Source of the DNA: a virus
Lineage: Duplodnaviria; Caudoviricetes
Length of the DNA: 64,000 nucleotides
Reading direction: 5' to 3' (one strand)
IMG/VR virus record: IMGVR_UViG_2791354954_000001
Coordinates: 3,446-67,445 of that record
Position numbers and translations under genes: made by a program. The notes beneath the pieces were generated by a model that was not told where the DNA came from, did no database searches, and saw only the letters and a program-made list of their open reading frames with translations. Below, in pieces: positions 18,038-27,542 of this stretch; within the stretch, counting starts at the first letter, position 1; each line of letters begins with the position of its first letter.

Positions 18038-19682
18038 TGGACACTCCAAGCAGTTCGGCTAAAAACACCGCACGGGTTAAATACTCGTGATGGGCTTTTG
18101 AGGTTAATTCCGGATAAAGGGTTGCAAGTTTTTCCTGCGCTTCTTCATAAGAATGACAAGACAACATCACCCGCACCGCTTTTTGTACCATTGGATCAAG
18201 TTGTTGATTAAAATCCACCTGTTCCAAGGCTTCGTCTAAACTTTCATCCAACCACGCCTGCTCATCCCTTTCCTCTGATGTTTTCGACAATGCGACCACT
18301 TTTTTACCCAAACACCCGTCACACTGACAACCGACCACGTGGGCGGCAGAAGATTGAGAAGAAAGTGCGGTGGTTTTTTTCGGTGTTTTTTCTTCGTTTA
18401 AATCGGTTTTAACTGCGCTTTGAAAAGGTTTTAACAGTTCGTCATCTTCCTGTGCTTCCGGAATACCGAGTTTATCTCTTGCCCAGCTTTCCGGCACTTT
18501 CACGCCAATTTGCACCAGTTTTGGCAATGCTTCCGCGAGTACAGATAAATCGTCATATTCTTTGGTATCAAACTCAAAGTACGGCACACGGTGCGGCGCG
18601 ATATTTGGATCAACGTTAATTTGTAAATACGGCAAAATAATTTGTTGGGTGATGGTTTGAGCGATTTGCTTGGCATCACTTATCATCAAATCACGGCGTA
18701 CCTCGTTATGCACGTTGCCGAGCGCATTGGTTGAGCTTTTACCATCCGCGCCACTGGTTAAAGTTTGCCCCAAAATTAAGCGTGCAATGGATTTTTCGCA
18801 CCAATCGACCATTTGCAAAAAGGGATTATTGCCTGCTGATGTACCCGTAGCTACATTGTGCAACTCAATTTGCATTGACTCCGGCATAATCCCCGCCGCA
18901 TTGTGACCGATTTCGGCAAGGGCGCGCAGTAATGTTTGTTTTTCCTTATGCGTTGCCCCCGCCCCATATTTCCCGATACGAATAGGCATACCGTAAAGCT
19001 CTAAAAACTCCGCAAAATCCCGCACGGAATAGTGCTTATACATATAAAGCCACGCCAACGTGCGGTATAACCCATCACGGGCTAATTGGGTTGAGCGGGA
19101 TTTATGACGATGCACCACCCAGCCAAAAGGGCGTAGCGGCTCACCGGTTGGATTATCCGGTGTGCGTAATAAAAGATTGTCGTGTTTATCAAGGTTAAAC
19201 CACGATTGCGGACAAGGTTTAAACCCTTTCGGTATCCATTTGCCGTCCACTTGCGCCCATTGGATTTCAAGGGCGGCAAAACCGTGTCCTACCGCATCCA
19301 TTAAATCCACAAACAAATCTTCAAGGTTTGGATATTGATGAAACAGTTCATCAATTTCCGCTTGCAGTTTTTCTTCTGCGGGCGTGGCGTTGCGTGGTTC
19401 AATAATACGCCAGTCAAGGGTCAATACTGACCGCTTGCGGGTCATCATATTGGCGGCAATGCTGCTGTCTTGTTCTTCAATATCCATAAAAAGCTGATGC
19501 TGCGCCTGAATATCGCCGTTTTCAGCGTCCTCTAAAATGCTTTTGAGTTTGCCCGGGGTAATTTTTGCCGAAGGGTGATCATCCAGCACCCGACCCGTTT
19601 CGGTCACACGGGCTTCATCGGTTTGTGTTTCTTCGGTTTCGCTTGGCTTAAAAAAGCCTTTTACTTTATCTAAAAATCCCAT
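18018..19682 (-). CDS. Portal protein Mu gp29 (DUF935)
   Basis: FLELYGMPIRIGKY, ILGQTLTS, ALGNVHNEVRRD motifs. Confidence 0.93.
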   Translation of the reverse strand: MGFLDKVKGFFKPSETEETQTDEARVTETGRVLDDHPSAKITPGKLKSILEDAENGDIQAQHQLFMDIEEQDSSIAANMMTRKRSVLTLDWRIIEPRNATPAEEKLQAEIDELFHQYPNLEDLFVDLMDAVGHGFAALEIQWAQVDGKWIPKGFKPCPQSWFNLDKHDNLLLRTPDNPTGEPLRPFGWVVHRHKSRSTQLARDGLYRTLAWLYMYKHYSVRDFAEFLELYGMPIRIGKYGAGATHKEKQTLLRALAEIGHNAAGIMPESMQIELHNVATGTSAGNNPFLQMVDWCEKSIARLILGQTLTSGADGKSSTNALGNVHNEVRRDLMISDAKQIAQTITQQIILPYLQINVDPNIAPHRVPYFEFDTKEYDDLSVLAEALPKLVQIGVKVPESWARDKLGIPEAQEDDELLKPFQSAVKTDLNEEKTPKKTTALSSQSSAAHVVGCQCDGCLGKKVVALSKTSEERDEQAWLDESLDEALEQVDFNQQLDPMVQKAVRVMLSCHSYEEAQEKLATLYPELTSKAHHEYLTRAVFLAELLGVSNAKTKP

Positions 19683-19692
19683 TTATGCTGCC

Positions 19693-21327
19693 TTAACTGC
19701 GCCAAACGCTGTATAGATCATCCAGTTCATCATTACGCTCCAAGTCACTCACGCTCACCCATTCAATCGGTGCGGAATTGGTTACCGCATTACGCCACAA
19801 CATTTCCAACGCATCCGGGCCGTCATCGTGATCGGCTTTTGGAAAATGGCGCAACTGGGCAATTAACGTGGCTTGCGAGGTGTGCAACAAAATCAACCCG
19901 TTTGCCATATGCGGTTGCAGGCTTTCAATACGTAACATTTTGTCCGTGTTGGGTTTTGTTGCCGTTGCCGGCACAGGACACCCTCGTTGAGCCGAACGCT
20001 TGACTAATTCGTCTTTTAAAAATTCCTGAAATTGCACAGTTTCGACAAACCAACGTTGACACTGATATTGTTTTTGCAATCGGATCACATCTTCAATAAT
20101 TAAATCGGGTAGGCGTTTTTTTACTTGTGCCTCAACCACATAAAGTTTGCCGGTCGCCCGTTGATAACCGCCGACTAAAATTGCCGAAGGGTCACGACTT
20201 GCTCCGGCTTTGCCGAGCGAAGGATCAAGTGCGCCAAAATAAATCAAGTCTTCCGGCAATTCCGTCCAGTAAACAAGACTGTTGGCAAACATTGCATCAT
20301 CACTGCTTAATGGGTCGTTTTGATACTCGGAGTCAAAGGTGGCGTGTCCGTCACGGGCGCGAATTTTCATCAATGTTAAAATTGGACGAGCCGCCCAACT
20401 GACTACCGCGCCTTTATCCATCTCGGCTTGATGTTGCTGATAAAAGGCATCGGCAACCGCTTCACCTTCGTTTAAGTAAAAATCTTCCCACTTATCCCAA
20501 AGGCTCATATCATCCGGCTGTTTAATTAAGGCTTTAAATTTGGCGGTTTTCCACGCCTTACTTGCCAAAGTGCGGTTTAAAACGCTGTCGTAATGCAAAA
20601 TTGTGCCGATATACACCACATCCAACTTATCCCCGGCAGCCCCTAATGGCAGCACGGTTTTTTTAAGCCAATCGTGCAATTTATCCCGCTGTTCCGGGCT
20701 GCGGACTTGTTCGTCATTTTCAATATCGTCCAACACGACTAAATCGGGACGATACGCACCGTGGCGTAAACCCCGCAATTTCTTACCACTCCCTGCCACC
20801 TGCACTTTCTGATTGGCTTTCGTGATAATTGTTGCCGCTTGCCACACACGCCCTTGTCCGGCAATTTCCGGAAAGTCAATTTTAAGCCGTTGATTAAATT
20901 CCAACTCCACCTTGATTGCCTCAAGCATTGGGTAGGCTTGGTCGATACTGTCCATCACAATGAGGGCATAGCGTTTTTTCTGTGTGACAAGGCAGTAAAG
21001 CGTGAACAACTGCGACACTAAAGTTGATTTAGCCTCACCACGAGGGGCAGCAATGGCTAAATGCACCGAGGTAGGCTGTTGAAGAGTAAGGGGTAACTGC
21101 TCAAAAAGATAATTGTGTAGCTGTGAGCGACTTTCAGAACGGACATAATGCGGAAAATAATTAGACACAAAAAAATCATAGCCTGAAACCGGATCTAACA
21201 CTTTTTTACGCCGTGCAACCACCGCTTCCGGTGTATCATCCCAACCGTCAAATTGCGCTTCAACTTTTTGACGAAGGCTATCCGAATAGGCTTTAAGTTC
21301 TGCTAATAGTGCTTTGTTTTTCATCAT
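19693..21327 (-). CDS. Terminase large subunit
   Basis: APRGEAKST Walker A, VVLDDIE Walker B, HDDGPDAL nuclease motif. Confidence 0.93.
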   Translation of the reverse strand: MMKNKALLAELKAYSDSLRQKVEAQFDGWDDTPEAVVARRKKVLDPVSGYDFFVSNYFPHYVRSESRSQLHNYLFEQLPLTLQQPTSVHLAIAAPRGEAKSTLVSQLFTLYCLVTQKKRYALIVMDSIDQAYPMLEAIKVELEFNQRLKIDFPEIAGQGRVWQAATIITKANQKVQVAGSGKKLRGLRHGAYRPDLVVLDDIENDEQVRSPEQRDKLHDWLKKTVLPLGAAGDKLDVVYIGTILHYDSVLNRTLASKAWKTAKFKALIKQPDDMSLWDKWEDFYLNEGEAVADAFYQQHQAEMDKGAVVSWAARPILTLMKIRARDGHATFDSEYQNDPLSSDDAMFANSLVYWTELPEDLIYFGALDPSLGKAGASRDPSAILVGGYQRATGKLYVVEAQVKKRLPDLIIEDVIRLQKQYQCQRWFVETVQFQEFLKDELVKRSAQRGCPVPATATKPNTDKMLRIESLQPHMANGLILLHTSQATLIAQLRHFPKADHDDGPDALEMLWRNAVTNSAPIEWVSVSDLERNDELDDLYSVWRS

Positions 21328-21431
21328 TTACCCAATAAAACTGCAATAAAAATAAGCCACCCCCAGCCATCTTGACCTTTTGCCGCCATATTGCAGGCAA
21401 TGATCACTAAAATTAACTGGCACAAACTCAC
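21324..21431 (-). CDS. 35-aa hydrophobic peptide between terminase subunits, not in ORF track
   Basis: MSLCQLILVIIACNMAAKGQDGWGWLIFIAVLLGK; GTGA and ATGA overlaps on both sides. Confidence 0.6.
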   Translation of the reverse strand: MSLCQLILVIIACNMAAKGQDGWGWLIFIAVLLGK

Positions 21432-21931
21432 GCTTTAAATTCCTTCTCTAACACACTTGCAAACTTATCCAATAAATCGGCAAAATCACTGATAAGCGCA
21501 GGTTTATTGGCGTGGACATAATCGCCAAACATTGTGATCGTCTTAATTGCCGTAGCAAGTTCTGATACTTCCGGCAATAACCGCTTACTGCTTGCAATCA
21601 TTTTTGAATACGAATCACCAAGTCCCTGCATTAATTTGGCTTTTTCGCTCACGGGTAAATCTTCCGTCTTGCGTAACTCATCTAACGTATTTTCAAAATA
21701 AAGCACAAACGAGGTGAGCATACCGCGTGCCACATCTTCCACTTTACCGCTTGCCATTGTGTTCGCATCGCGCACTTTATCCCAATTATCGCCACGTCCT
21801 TCCGCTTCACGCTTCCAACGCCGTGCCGTGTTGTAAGATACCTTAGCTTTTTCGGCGGCAAGTTCTAGTGTTAAGCAATCAAATACATAGTAACGGCGCA
21901 CCTCGGCTTTGGTTTTTTCATCGTGTGCCAT
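21428..21931 (-). CDS. Terminase small subunit (DUF1804-like)
   Basis: N-terminal HTH (TARRWK..GDNWDK) upstream of large subunit. Confidence 0.8.
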   Translation of the reverse strand: MAHDEKTKAEVRRYYVFDCLTLELAAEKAKVSYNTARRWKREAEGRGDNWDKVRDANTMASGKVEDVARGMLTSFVLYFENTLDELRKTEDLPVSEKAKLMQGLGDSYSKMIASSKRLLPEVSELATAIKTITMFGDYVHANKPALISDFADLLDKFASVLEKEFKA

Positions 21932-22201
21932 TTAGCCCCCAAATTTTGCTTTAATCAGTTCAAAACCCACCGAGACAACCAATCCGCCTAAACCACCCAT
22001 AATGGCGGCACGCACGCCAAGTTTTGCAAGGTTTTGTTCTACCTTTGCCAAACGGACATCAATATCATCGACACGCCCGTCCAAACGGTCGATTTTATGA
22101 TTAACTTGCCGTGTTAAACTTAAGATTTCATCTAATTTTTGGTTAGTTTGGTCTTGTTCATTTTTCTGTTGTAACCGTCTTTGATTTGGTATTGCTGGCA
22201 T
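21932..22201 (-). CDS. Coiled-coil protein with C-terminal TM helix
   Basis: Heptad pattern then AAIMGGLGGLVVSVG. Confidence 0.6.
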   Translation of the reverse strand: MPAIPNQRRLQQKNEQDQTNQKLDEILSLTRQVNHKIDRLDGRVDDIDVRLAKVEQNLAKLGVRAAIMGGLGGLVVSVGFELIKAKFGG

Positions 22202-22458
22202 TATTTATCCGCCTTTTTGTCTAGCTTATGATTAATTTCTTTTAACTGGTCGCGCACTTCCTTTAAAATGCTTTCCATGTGCTTATCTTTTACATCCGCT
22301 ATCTCTTTGCGTTGATAATCACGCTCAACGGATTTTTCCAACTCACGAATCGCTTTTTCATTGTTTGCTACCTTGTCATTCACCGATTTCCAAACCCAGC
22401 CGACTAACGTCATAATCAGTGTGGTGCCGATACCGATAAACACTTTATCGTCAATCAT
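22201..22458 (-). CDS. Membrane-anchored coiled-coil protein (Mu gp25-like position)
   Basis: N-terminal TM then coiled coil; start MIDDK. Confidence 0.55.
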   Translation of the reverse strand: MIDDKVFIGIGTTLIMTLVGWVWKSVNDKVANNEKAIRELEKSVERDYQRKEIADVKDKHMESILKEVRDQLKEINHKLDKKADK

Positions 22459-22658
22459 TCTGCCCCCTTGTTGTCGGTGCAAATTGCCCGATAAGTCTCG
22501 TTATGCACTTTAATTTGGCGCAGAGTTTCGGTGGTATCCTGTCGGCTTGCCGAAATCGTTGAAAAGCCTGCACAACTTGCATTAATCACGGAGATCCCCT
22601 GACTTGTGCAACCCGTCAATAAGAGAAGTGCGGTCAGTATTGCGATGGTTTTCTTCAT
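22455..22658 (-). CDS. Outer-membrane spanin (Rz1-like lipoprotein)
   Basis: Lipobox LTGC; overlaps i-spanin 3' end. Confidence 0.78.
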   Translation of the reverse strand: MKKTIAILTALLLLTGCTSQGISVINASCAGFSTISASRQDTTETLRQIKVHNETYRAICTDNKGAE

Positions 22659-22842
22659 TTTGTTTTCTCACGTTAAAATGGGTGACTTGTGTATCTGCCA
22701 CGGCTTTTTCTTGCGAAAGGGTGGCATTGGTTTTTAATAATCGGTCGATTTCGCGCTTTGCTTGGCTTAATTTGTGCCAAACATAGCCCCCCACTAACAC
22801 CGCCCCAATCAATGCAAGTCCAATCTGCTGTAAATTCATCAA
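22582..22842 (-). CDS. Inner-membrane spanin (DUF2681-like)
   Basis: N-terminal TM plus coiled coil in lysis cassette. Confidence 0.75.
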   Translation of the reverse strand: MMNLQQIGLALIGAVLVGGYVWHKLSQAKREIDRLLKTNATLSQEKAVADTQVTHFNVRKQNEENHRNTDRTSLIDGLHKSGDLRD

Positions 22843-23123
22843 ATCCCCTTTGGTTTCGTCTCAAAGTCGACTTCGGCTTGTTCTTGCGTTTCAGCCTTTG
22901 ATTTTTCTCGGGCTTGATAGGCTGCCACTGCGCCTTTTGTCGCCGCCGATCCACCGCAAAAACAGGCAAAATAAAAATACAAATCGGTGGTAATGGCACG
23001 ATCTAAATACACCGAATAAACCAACACGCCAGCCATCACTAAAAAGCCAAAAAACTGAATAAAACCCGTGGTACTGGCACGCCCGTCATTATTCGTAAAC
23101 AACTCGGTAAATTTATTGCTCAT
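22839..23123 (-). CDS. Putative holin (DUF2644-like)
   Basis: Two TM helices; DGRASTTGFIQFFG motif. Confidence 0.72.
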   Translation of the reverse strand: MSNKFTELFTNNDGRASTTGFIQFFGFLVMAGVLVYSVYLDRAITTDLYFYFACFCGGSAATKGAVAAYQAREKSKAETQEQAEVDFETKPKGI

Positions 23124-23292
23124 CGTATAATCTCCACATTATCACTTCAGCCGCTGTAGGCTTGCCTCGGCTGACATAACTCCACGCATTTTTGCTAAAA
23201 GCACGTGGTCGGCGAGCCGGTGTTTTTTGATGTTTACGTTGAAAAAGTCGGTTAAAAAGCCGTTTAAACACCCCTAAAAATTTAAACTTCAT
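23113..23292 (-). CDS. 59-aa basic amphipathic protein in lysis cassette, not in ORF track
   Basis: MKFKFLGVFKRLFNRLFQRKHQKTPARRPRAFSKNAW...; overlaps both neighbours. Confidence 0.55.
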   Translation of the reverse strand: MKFKFLGVFKRLFNRLFQRKHQKTPARRPRAFSKNAWSYVSRGKPTAAEVIMWRLYDEQ

Positions 23293-23785
23293 TGTCTTTC
23301 GCTCCGTATCTCAAATTGCCTGCGATGCGACGTACCCAGCCTTTGCCATAGGTTGCGAAATTGCCGAGTTTGCAATAAAACTCCAGCCGCTCTCCATTCA
23401 GTCGCATAATCACATCAGAAATTGCTATTTTCTTAATAGTAGCAAGGGTCATATTGCCAATAATTCCGTCATCAACGACACCGACTGCCCGTTGCAACAT
23501 TCGGCTTGCATTGCCTAAACCGTGGTTCACCGCGGCATCAAAAAATTGAAATGCGACTGCCGATGGCATTTTTTCGCACTGATAACGCACCCAAAACGCG
23601 GAATAATAAATTTTAAAGGCTTGCTCACGGGTCATTGCACGCATACTGCCTAAATAGCCGTTTGCTTGCGCCGTGCGTTTGGTAATCCCCCAGTTGGTTT
23701 CACCGCCCGGATCGCGTGGGTCATTGACATAACCGCCCTCGTGTCCGATAAGGCGGTCAAAAATTTGTTGAAAGGTTAAAGACAT
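23282..23785 (-). CDS. Endolysin, glycoside hydrolase family 108
   Basis: HEGGYVNDPRDPGGETNWGIT motif; C-terminal peptidoglycan-binding region GKGWVRR. Confidence 0.92.
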   Translation of the reverse strand: MSLTFQQIFDRLIGHEGGYVNDPRDPGGETNWGITKRTAQANGYLGSMRAMTREQAFKIYYSAFWVRYQCEKMPSAVAFQFFDAAVNHGLGNASRMLQRAVGVVDDGIIGNMTLATIKKIAISDVIMRLNGERLEFYCKLGNFATYGKGWVRRIAGNLRYGAKDNEV

Positions 23786-23820
23786 AAAAAAATACCCTCA
23801 TTCATTACTAAATTGAGGGT

Positions 23821-23867
23821 ATTGTGTAATAAAAAACAATGGTTGAAAGGGGGAGAGAGTTCCACAC
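23821..23867 (-). promoter_or_regulatory. Late promoter upstream of lysis genes (Plys-equivalent)
   Basis: GTGTGGAACTCTCTC, then 26 nt, then CACAAT. Confidence 0.7.
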
Positions 23868-23877
23868 GCTCAAAGCG

Positions 23878-24312
23878 TTAAAAAAGGGGGACTTGTTGGT
23901 GTTGATAAAACGACATTGACCGCAGTCCGCGGACTATATCCCACGCGTGCCGGTCTGAAAGTTGATATTTTTTGCAAAGATCTAACATTGCCATACGCCC
24001 ACTTTTTTTCTCAGTTTGCGTAAGAAAATCAAAATCCGCTTTTAATCTTTCATTACGCAACAGGCGCAATGCCACTTCACAACGAGGAATATATACCCAT
24101 TCAGACTTAAAATAACGGCGTAATTTCACCGCATTTTCCAAACCAACTAAGGCTTTCAACTTGGGAAAATACACCTTACCATCAGAAAAAAGAAAGTTTG
24201 TTCCGCCAAACGCTTGAATGATTTTATCCACATTACTAAACCCAACCAAGTCCACCATTTCTAATACGACTTCCGGCAGATAATCGGCAACACGTTCAAA
24301 TTGAGATTGCAT
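23878..24312 (-). CDS. mor: Mor/C family transcription activator
   Basis: FGG..VYIPRC and KYQLSDR HTH; upstream of lysis genes. Confidence 0.88.
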   Translation of the reverse strand: MQSQFERVADYLPEVVLEMVDLVGFSNVDKIIQAFGGTNFLFSDGKVYFPKLKALVGLENAVKLRRYFKSEWVYIPRCEVALRLLRNERLKADFDFLTQTEKKSGRMAMLDLCKKYQLSDRHAWDIVRGLRSMSFYQHQQVPLF

Positions 24313-24393
24313 ATATCCTCCTCGCTTAAATTATTTTGGCGAAATTTAACACGGAATTTTCAAAAGTGAGGGGGTTTTAGGGATATTTTTTTG

Positions 24394-24421
24394 AAAAAAA
24401 ATCCCGCACAAGGCGGGATTA
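24394..24421 (-). terminator. Intrinsic terminator
   Basis: AATCCCGC-ACAAG-GCGGGATT hairpin with A-tract. Confidence 0.7.
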
Positions 24422-24439
24422 TTATAGGCGTAAAAATAA

Positions 24440-24793
24440 TTATTTTTCTTGAGCTTTTAATTGCATAACCTGTGGTAATAACTGCAACGTCATTTTCCAA
24501 GCCTGTTCTGATTCGTCCGGTGATAATGCTTTACAATCCACATACTCATTGCCATAGTCGCCCATATCCGTTTCATTTTGCGCCACAATTAATGTGATTT
24601 TTCGTAGTGCACAGCCTGCTATCGGGTTTTTATCGTGACCGGCAGAGCCATCTTTCATCGAAAATGCGGCATTACGTAACGCTTGATAATCCCCCTGTAA
24701 TGCTTTGTTTAATTCTCCTTTTGCTTTATCTGTCATTGCAAATGCAGAAAACGAAAGAGCGGCACAAATGACACCAACTAATAATTTTTTCAT
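24440..24793 (-). CDS. Exported hypothetical protein
   Basis: Signal peptide MKKLLVGVICAALSFSAFA; two Cys in mature part. Confidence 0.7.
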   Translation of the reverse strand: MKKLLVGVICAALSFSAFAMTDKAKGELNKALQGDYQALRNAAFSMKDGSAGHDKNPIAGCALRKITLIVAQNETDMGDYGNEYVDCKALSPDESEQAWKMTLQLLPQVMQLKAQEK

Positions 24794-24853
24794 TATTTTT
24801 CTCCCATAAAAAAGGCTCAAAAGAGCCTTTAATTTACACCTGACAAAGCATTT

Positions 24854-25258
24854 TCACAATGCCTTTTTATTGTGATCATACACCGACAACATCTGCACCA
24901 CCTTTTTCAACTGCCACGGCTGCAACCAATGCACAAAATCCACTTTAAAAGAGCGTTTTGCGATACCGTCTGCATATTCCTTCGGGAGATTGTGTTTTGC
25001 CAACAGTGCGGTGATTTTGGCGAGATAAATCTTTTTATCTTCACGCGGAGCCGCACGATTTCCCCAAAATTTTGACCGCACTTTAAAGCCTTTTTTCACC
25101 ATTGCATTTAATACTTGCTGTAATTGCTCCTCATTCATCAAGGAGCAACTGGCTATTCCCGTGGTGTTGATAAGTAACTGACGGTAAGTTTCATCATCCA
25201 TTCCCAGTTGGGTTTTGCCGATATGGATTTTAGTGACTAAACTTTTATGATTAACCAT
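24854..25258 (-). CDS. gemA: GemA (gp16, DUF1018) protein
   Basis: KIHIGKTQLGMDDETYRQLL motif. Confidence 0.88.
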   Translation of the reverse strand: MVNHKSLVTKIHIGKTQLGMDDETYRQLLINTTGIASCSLMNEEQLQQVLNAMVKKGFKVRSKFWGNRAAPREDKKIYLAKITALLAKHNLPKEYADGIAKRSFKVDFVHWLQPWQLKKVVQMLSVYDHNKKAL

Positions 25259-25631
25259 TGATTTTCACTCCTGTTAAGATTTCTCGTAATTTTTGGCACA
25301 TTTCGCCTGTACGTTTTCGGTCTTCTTCCGTCATTTTTCGCTCAATCATTAATGTTTCAGGGTAATAGCGTGGTAAGCGGTCAATCAACATTTTCGGATT
25401 AGGAAATCTGTCACATTCTGCGTAAAGTCGCATAAAGGCTTTCTCAATGCGGGGGATGTCACGCTCTTTCTCCCATTTAGTACCTAGCCCTTTGGTGAGT
25501 GCCAACACCCAAACTTGAGCCGTTTTTACGATGATTTCCTCTGGTGGTGTATTGGGCAATCTTAATGTCACAAGCCCCATTAACCCCTTTGCAATGACGG
25601 CATTCAACCAATCATTTTTTTCCATTTGCAA
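25251..25631 (-). CDS. Mu-like early hypothetical protein
   Basis: ORF track; coupled to neighbours. Confidence 0.65.
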   Translation of the reverse strand: MQMEKNDWLNAVIAKGLMGLVTLRLPNTPPEEIIVKTAQVWVLALTKGLGTKWEKERDIPRIEKAFMRLYAECDRFPNPKMLIDRLPRYYPETLMIERKMTEEDRKRTGEMCQKLREILTGVKING

Positions 25632-26103
25632 ACTCCGCTAAATTTGCCAATGCTTGACCTGTTTTGCTGTTTAATGGCGTATGCTGATGATTTTTTGCCG
25701 CAACTCTTGTAGCCGGCTCAAGGGATTGAGATTTTTCCTGCCATTTGCTCATCACTTCAAGCAAATAGCCGTGTCCGACTAATGGGCGTTTAATGTTATG
25801 GCGATTGTTAAGCACCGTGTTAAAGCCATCAATCCACGCCTCTAAAGGTGCGGCATAAATCTGCCCATTACGAGCAAATTCCCCTTGCTTGGCTAAAGTC
25901 ATTAACTCTCCCAATAGCTTTGCGACACGATGCATCGTAAGGGCAGAGACATCCGGACGAAATAATGCTAAATACTGCACCGCCAATCGCCCAAACTCAC
26001 CATTGAACTGCATTGCACTTATTACCGCTTGCGTCGCTTGTTCGTGTTGTAATAACACATCAAGCGATAAGATCGCACCGCAAGCCGGGCATTTACATTT
26101 CAT
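25612..26103 (-). CDS. Mu-like early protein with N-terminal CPACG
   Basis: Start MKCKCPACG with AAGGAG RBS. Confidence 0.7.
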   Translation of the reverse strand: MKCKCPACGAILSLDVLLQHEQATQAVISAMQFNGEFGRLAVQYLALFRPDVSALTMHRVAKLLGELMTLAKQGEFARNGQIYAAPLEAWIDGFNTVLNNRHNIKRPLVGHGYLLEVMSKWQEKSQSLEPATRVAAKNHQHTPLNSKTGQALANLAEFANGKK

Positions 26104-26125
26104 TATTCGCTCCTTTAAACTGAGT

Positions 26126-26186
26126 TTAAAACACATTATTTAGCCCACTTAAAATGTGGTTTAAATGGGCTGTAAATGGGTTTTAA
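26126..26186. repeat. Intergenic long-hairpin repeat, copy 1
   Basis: AAAACACATTATTTAGCCCA...TGGGCTGTAAATGGGTTTT. Confidence 0.75.
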
Positions 26187-26563
26187 TCAGCTAATGCGAT
26201 AATCTCATCAATCGTTGGGTCTTCCATAAAAATACGCTTACTTAACTCAATTAAAGTTCGTCCAATTACATCGTTTATTTCAGTTTTAGCACTGATTTCC
26301 CATTCGTCATCCGCACATTGTTCAAAATCAAAATGTAATTTGTGTGAGAATCCAGACTCAATATTTGGATCAACACGTTCAAGTGCTAACCAACCGGCAC
26401 GAACAACAGCAGGTAATTTGAACATCATTAAATTCATCATATCCTTAACATAATTATTCGGATGATTTCGATACGCTGCACCGACATTAAATGTCAAATC
26501 ATCCTCTGCCGTTGTTACATTAATTTCCAATGTCACTAAATAATGCTTTGTGTTACTAGCCAT
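26183..26563 (-). CDS. Acidic hypothetical protein
   Basis: ORF track; start MASNT. Confidence 0.65.
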   Translation of the reverse strand: MASNTKHYLVTLEINVTTAEDDLTFNVGAAYRNHPNNYVKDMMNLMMFKLPAVVRAGWLALERVDPNIESGFSHKLHFDFEQCADDEWEISAKTEINDVIGRTLIELSKRIFMEDPTIDEIIALAD

Positions 26564-26564
26564 T

Positions 26565-26939
26565 TTATTCCACCACTTGAATAGAAAAGCCACCTGAACT
26601 AAACACTACACTAGCATCATTTTTGGTAAGCTGTTTTATTAATTGATAAGTTTTAGGGCAACGTCCGCTCCCTTTTTCCTCTTTGAACAAACTTTCTAAT
26701 TCTGCCCAATGTTCCACTAATTTTTCCCAAATTGGTGACACTCGTTTCATTTTGTTAAGGTGATAATTCATTTCCGGCACTCGTTCTAACAGCTTGATAC
26801 AACGAGCCAAATCAGACGGATCACGGGGATAATGTTTCCCCCTCGGCACAACACCAAACCCAATCACAAATGCCATACACTTGCTACTGAGTCCAACATC
26901 TTCATCATCAGCCAACCACTGAATAATCTCTTTTTGCAT
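26565..26939 (-). CDS. Phage hypothetical protein
   Basis: VGLSSK..YPRDPSDLARC; AAGGAG RBS. Confidence 0.7.
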   Translation of the reverse strand: MQKEIIQWLADDEDVGLSSKCMAFVIGFGVVPRGKHYPRDPSDLARCIKLLERVPEMNYHLNKMKRVSPIWEKLVEHWAELESLFKEEKGSGRCPKTYQLIKQLTKNDASVVFSSGGFSIQVVE

Positions 26940-26961
26940 AATCGCTCCTTTGTTAATTGAC

Positions 26962-27016
26962 AAAACACATTATTCAGCCCACTTTACGTGGAAAATGGGC
27001 TGTAAATGGGTTTTAA
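26962..27016. repeat. Intergenic long-hairpin repeat, copy 2
   Basis: AAAACACATTATTCAGCCCA...TGGGCTGTAAATGGGTTTT. Confidence 0.75.
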
Positions 27017-27540
27017 GATTTATCCATAAATTCTTGTGGTGGTATCGGAAGCGGACGCCAATATCTTATTTTCGTACACTCTCCGTTAAATCCATAAAAC
27101 CGATTACCTTGCACCATATAAGCTAATACATAAGTTTCATCATCGGGTTCATCGACACCAAAACACATCACAACATCACTACGTTCAAATCCATTATGAT
27201 CAAATACCTTTGGCAATTCTTCCGAACACTTAATCCAACCATTATTCCGGTTATATTCAACAAGCTGAGGATGTTCAACCATATAATTAAAATCATTGCC
27301 GTATTCTTCTTTTTCTGCTTCGGTTAGTGGTCTTGTTGGTAAACTAAAATCACCTAAAATTACACCGAAACAGGTTCTTCTGATTCCATCTTGTAACTCT
27401 TCCGAAAAACTACCATCCCATTCACCGCCATAACAATAAGATTTATCTGCTTCATTTATTGCAGCGGATTTTGCTTCATCTAATGTAGAGTGCAAACTGA
27501 ATTCACCTTCGCAGCCTTCATAGCTAAAATATTTGCTCAT
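27013..27540 (-). CDS. Phage protein with C-terminal DUF551-like domain
   Basis: GWIKCSEELP...YWRPLPIPP motif. Confidence 0.75.
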   Translation of the reverse strand: MSKYFSYEGCEGEFSLHSTLDEAKSAAINEADKSYCYGGEWDGSFSEELQDGIRRTCFGVILGDFSLPTRPLTEAEKEEYGNDFNYMVEHPQLVEYNRNNGWIKCSEELPKVFDHNGFERSDVVMCFGVDEPDDETYVLAYMVQGNRFYGFNGECTKIRYWRPLPIPPQEFMDKS

Positions 27541-27542
27541 TT

